A stretch of 64,000 nt of DNA from Phoronis australis (taxonomy: Eukaryota > Animalia > Phoronida), in assembly GCA_002633005.1 (NCBI GenBank), contig NMRA01000568.1, forward strand, positions 62,001 to 126,000. The letters are read 5' to 3'. Below are positions 61,601-64,000 of this stretch, piece by piece. Each line of letters starts with the position of its first letter. The first letter of the stretch is position 1. The notes below the pieces were generated by a model. That model searched no databases. It had not been told where the DNA came from and saw nothing but the letters and a program-made list of their open reading frames with translations. Both the position numbers and the translations under genes were made by a program.

Positions 61601-64000
61601 AATTTTTTTTTGTGTCGCTCCTGTCAGCGTTGAAAGTCGTCTAAAGTCAGAAGATATATCTCACCAAGCTCTAAGTGGCTAAATCGATCAGTACCATCTT
61701 GATGCTTGGGGTTCGACGAGTTTGACAGTTGTAGTGTATGCAGACAGTGATATCCATTGGGATGATGAGACCAGTCTGGCCGAAGCAAATATACCTCAGA
61801 TGAAAATTTTGTGCTTGTGATATAAAAGGTTGAGATTACAGTAATATGAATGTGACAAACCTTCTGTGAATCCTTACTTACTCATGTCCGAATAGTCATC
61901 CACAAGCACGATTTCTTTTACCAAACCTTTTGGCGAGTTATTAATCACGCTATGAACAGTGCGAAGCAATACAGACCAGGCTTCGTTTATGAAACAGATA
62001 ACCACAGTTGTGTTAGGAAGGGCCTTGATGCTACCATATGTCAAATTTGTACAGCTGAAATTAAAGTGATTATTCAGTTAAGTGTAGATATATTTATTTC
62101 GATACTTCGACATATAAATGGGGCATATAAGGCAGCCTTAGTTGTTTTAAAATCAAGAGCGTAGTTCCATTAAAGTCACGTTACCAGTCCGCTAGGTGGC
62201 AGCCTGATAGTTAAAGTTAACTCCACTCGATAAATGGCTGAGTATATTTAAAGTGTTTAACTCGTGAATTCGCCTGTCCTTGATTTCAGCGAGTGTCTGA
62301 CAAACAACGGCGATAACTGGTGATGTGTAATACTGTTACACTCTTTGTAACCCTGAACAAAGTTAATAACTTCAAAAAGTCTATCCTGTCCAATGAAACC
62401 GATAATGTCCCATAAAACAATGCGCACACACCTGCAAATCCATGTTGCCGAACAGACGTTTAAGTGTAACGAGTGGGCTCTCACTGCCTCACAAATGTTG
62501 CATTTTATAGCGTTGCAGTACTCATGATGAAACATCAGATGGTTCTTGACAAACAAGTCATAAATATTTTGAATTTCTGTATGTTTCAAAGCATTTTGCT
62601 TGTAGTTTCGAATTTCAAAAAACAATCTGTCAACTGCTCGTCACATCGTCGATTTTTCTCCCACAAGGCAAAGCACATCGCCTCATACTGGTAAGGCAAG
62701 ACATACAGAGATATACAAACGATGGTGACTTCAAGCATCAGCCAGTCCGGTTAAAGAGCAAGGGGTCGGACATCAAAGCCACTTGCCCGGACTTCAAAAT
62801 CAGTCGCTTGGACTTCAAACCAAATAGCCGGTGATCAAACGTGTTGTCCGGAAACGTGTTGGCCTCACCAAAAAAATTATTTAGCTGGACCCAAAACAAG
62901 ATGACCGGTGCTATAACCAGATGTCCGGTGATCAATTACGACCGCCGGACTTATTCAGAGACCCGCTTTGAACGATTTGTTCAGCCATTGTGTTTGATTG
63001 AGCACCGGCCAACCCATTTAGGTCCGGCCAACCAGGTTTTTGGGTGCGGCCATATGGTTTTGAGGTACCGGCCATGGAGTTTTGAGGTCCGAAAACCAAG
63101 TTAGAACATCGTCCATTGGGTTCTGCAATCGAGTCCGCTGGTTTTGCAGTCCGGGCAACTGGTTTTGGAGTCCGACTAATAGTTGATTTTCCCTCTTGAA
63201 GAGGCAAATTACATAAGTTCTAAGTGTTAAACACTTGTCGTAATGGTACTGTATTGTAGCATTCAAATAAATTCTAAAACGCATTTGGGAATTCTTTCTG
63301 GGAAATCGCTTGCTTCACTTGCTTGTCTCATACTGTGCTATCGACCTCAGATTCAGAGAGCGATCATCCATGATAATCTGCCGTTTAAAATTTCCAGCTC
63401 ATCAGTCAGCTGCAAATTGAATGACTCTGAGCGCATGCGCGAGTTTATTATAAGTTGGAAGGAGATTAGAAACTATGTGGTGAGGACAATTTTTTTAAAG
63501 CACATATTTCAAAGCGCGGATTTTACGATTTTTTTCTGGAAATTTAGTCACAAGGGAGACTAAATAACTCTGCAGGTGATGTTGCGAGATGGTATTTTCG
63601 TGAGGAATTGTTTAAAAGTTATTTTTGAAGAGCTTCTTTGTTCCATGCCTCTTTAGTAAAATGTACGTGATTAATGATTTCACATTTGAACTTTCTTGAA
63701 TCCTCCGTGTATTTAAAGCAATCTTGTTCGATACAGAGTTCGCCCATTTCCGTGTGACGTTATGGTGTACAACGTTATTACTTACTGTATATTATAAACG
63801 TGGTTTGGCAAATGAAGAATTGTGACAAATGAGCTGAGTAAACGTGCGCAAACAAGCAAGATTCGATGTGAAAGAACTTACGCCTTATTCCGAATATCCG
63901 GTAATTGTCGACGAACGGAAATTCTGTCACTAACGACAACATTGAATCCAAAATTTTTCCATCCGTTATCACGTTCTTGTTCTCTGTACTTGTCCAGTTT
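46556..64000 (-). CDS. GALNT: Polypeptide N-acetylgalactosaminyltransferase (GT27 plus ricin-type lectin domain), 5'-partial, 10 exons in window
   Basis: Exons 63882->64000, 61882-62054, 58940-59104, 56993-57212, 56608-56725, 55407-55601, 48595-48723, 47529-47627, 47189-47317 and 46556-46690 sum to 1482 nt in frame. Motifs: [25 protein letters not shown] (DxH), MAGGLF, WGAENVE, VGHIFR, three lectin subdomains. Paralog number cannot be assigned. Confidence 0.93.
47189..47317 (-). CDS. GALNT: GALNT lectin beta exon (YWLLSRDG...[10 protein letters not shown])
   Basis: QxW motif; AG/GT ends. Confidence 0.9.
47529..47627 (-). CDS. GALNT: GALNT lectin alpha exon (CLDS...CHGHGGNQ)
   Basis: Within ORF 47403-47633; AG/GT ends. 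Confidence 0.92.
47953..48597. repeat. 25-bp minisatellite built on a GALNT splice donor
   Basis: Unit CTAAGTAGGCTTACCTCGCCCCTCG; on the minus strand CGAGGGGCGAG|GTAAGCCTACTTAG. Confidence 0.92.
48595..48723 (-). CDS. GALNT: GALNT exon ([23 protein letters not shown]...GE)
   Basis: GD...R..LR..L.CK.F.WYL motif; GAG acceptor, GTAAGT donor. Confidence 0.9.
49817..50842. mobile_element. TIR element with inverted ends of about 55 bp
   Basis: AGAGAGGTTTCACAAAGCGACGTGAACG... versus ...CGTTCACGTCGCTTTGCGAAACCTCTCT. Confidence 0.65.
51777..55011 (+). mobile_element. piggyBac transposon, 3.2 kb, without flanking TTAA
   Basis: 13-bp TIRs CCCTGGAAGGCCC and (rc) CCCCAGAAGGCCC; subterminal TGTTG..TGCAACA palindromes near 51792, 52142 and 54862; boundaries fixed by the empty site in the paralogous host copy near 22175-22190. 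Confidence 0.9.
52819..54573 (+). CDS. piggyBac (PGBD-like, DDE_Tnp_1_7) transposase, intact, 584 aa
   Basis: Acidic N-terminus; catalytic Asp triad SIDEMM / ADNFF / MGGVD; KPHPWGFK; basic KRGRP; C-terminal Cys-rich CKYC..CEKC..HLC..CF..YH domain. Confidence 0.95.
   Translation: MTRKNLELGDVLHLLDGDESELEGLVSDDDDDDDDEDDFIPQQLGGDDETSDSDDEPLAHFINQPAPSTSEQPTKKQLFKWRNKTFEPGDVTFSGSSHDAPLDGEVLSPYRYFQQFITVEMIDALTESSNIYTMQKKGVPSNISTKEMEQAIGMYLRMGIVKMPGNRTYWETETRYPPVADVMSRNKFQDILSSIHFANNLLVTDEEKKNKLWKVKPWLDRFRENCLKLTPDEHNSIDEMMVKFNGKFSGIKQYVRGKPHPWGFKIWARTSVSGLLYDFEVYQGSQRTFKSELGLCADVVLNLSATLPSHKNYKIIADNFFSGIELVNKLHERGIQYLGTIRTNRIQGCSLKSEKEMKKQGRGSYEEKVEVNENICVVHWYDNKPVTVISSFVGANPTDIVRRWDKSSKSHVQIPRPFCVSQYNKFMGGVDLLDALSAKYKYGITSRRWYLYLFWHTISVAVVNAWLLYQKEFRALQKPEGDLMKLRMFQAQIATSLIMCKAPKRGRPSLDEVKLPKPALPKKARKAALPREVRCDGVGHWPIKVAKRGRCKYCADGFTGIACEKCELHLCFTSQKNCFRLYHI
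55407..55601 (-). CDS. GALNT: GALNT exon (VWMCGG...VGHIFR...VWLDEF)
   Basis: Overlaps ORF 55341-55595; AG/GT ends. Confidence 0.95.
56010..56212. mobile_element. Small foldback MITE (related fragment at about 58540-58630)
   Basis: TATTCCTTATCGTG / CACGGTAAGGAATA inverted arms. Confidence 0.45.
56608..56725 (-). CDS. GALNT: GALNT exon (SPAMAGGLF...[11 protein letters not shown])
   Basis: Gal/GalNAc-T motif; AG/GT ends. Confidence 0.95.
56993..57212 (-). CDS. GALNT: GALNT exon (WLEPLL...[11 protein letters not shown])
   Basis: Within ORF 56989-57222; AG/GT ends. Confidence 0.95.
58940..59104 (-). CDS. GALNT: GALNT exon (REGLIRAR...[10 protein letters not shown])
   Basis: DxH metal-binding motif; AG/GT ends. 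Confidence 0.95.
59485..59885 (+). pseudogene. Tc1/mariner-type transposase remnants
   Basis: PRS...LWGYVK (C-terminal motif) and, downstream, [11 protein letters not shown]...[10 protein letters not shown] (HTH-like N-terminus, frameshifted). Confidence 0.4.
61882..62054 (-). CDS. GALNT: GALNT exon (CTNLTY...[14 protein letters not shown]...LVDDYSD)
   Basis: Manual translation; AG/GT ends. Confidence 0.93.
62540..63657. mobile_element. Kolobok-like MITE family, copy 6, interrupted by a GGAC/GTCC-rich foldback element (about 62720-63230)
   Basis: Family homology on both sides of the insert; ends GTTCCATGCCTCT. Confidence 0.6.
63882..64000 (-). CDS. GALNT: GALNT exon running off the window (...[27 protein letters not shown])
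   Basis: FN..SD.IS..R.LPD.R motif; phase-2 GTAAGT donor. Confidence 0.9.

Overview
AT-rich, intron-rich metazoan (probably marine invertebrate) genomic DNA with two large N gaps (97-753, 22765-23526) and several single-N joins. Two spliced genes were reconstructed by hand on the minus strand. The first is a complete 13-exon glutamate decarboxylase (32125->13810, 560 aa, NPHK PLP-lysine). The second is the 3' ten exons of a polypeptide GalNAc-transferase (>64000->46556). The rest is largely transposon-derived. It includes two copies of a P-like non-autonomous element (CACAGG termini, 8-bp TSDs), one carrying an intact piggyBac transposase whose TTAA sites are both gone, and a decayed CR1/L2-like LINE whose RT C-terminus runs straight into a second 2A-peptide/endonuclease ORF. 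Also present are a non-coding tRNA-Ser-primed LTR element, an IS3EU-like MITE, a Kolobok-like MITE family, a Penelope tail with a degenerate hammerhead and many minisatellites, one of which is a tandem array of 5' splice sites starting at a real GALNT donor. All calls are by eye; no searches were run.
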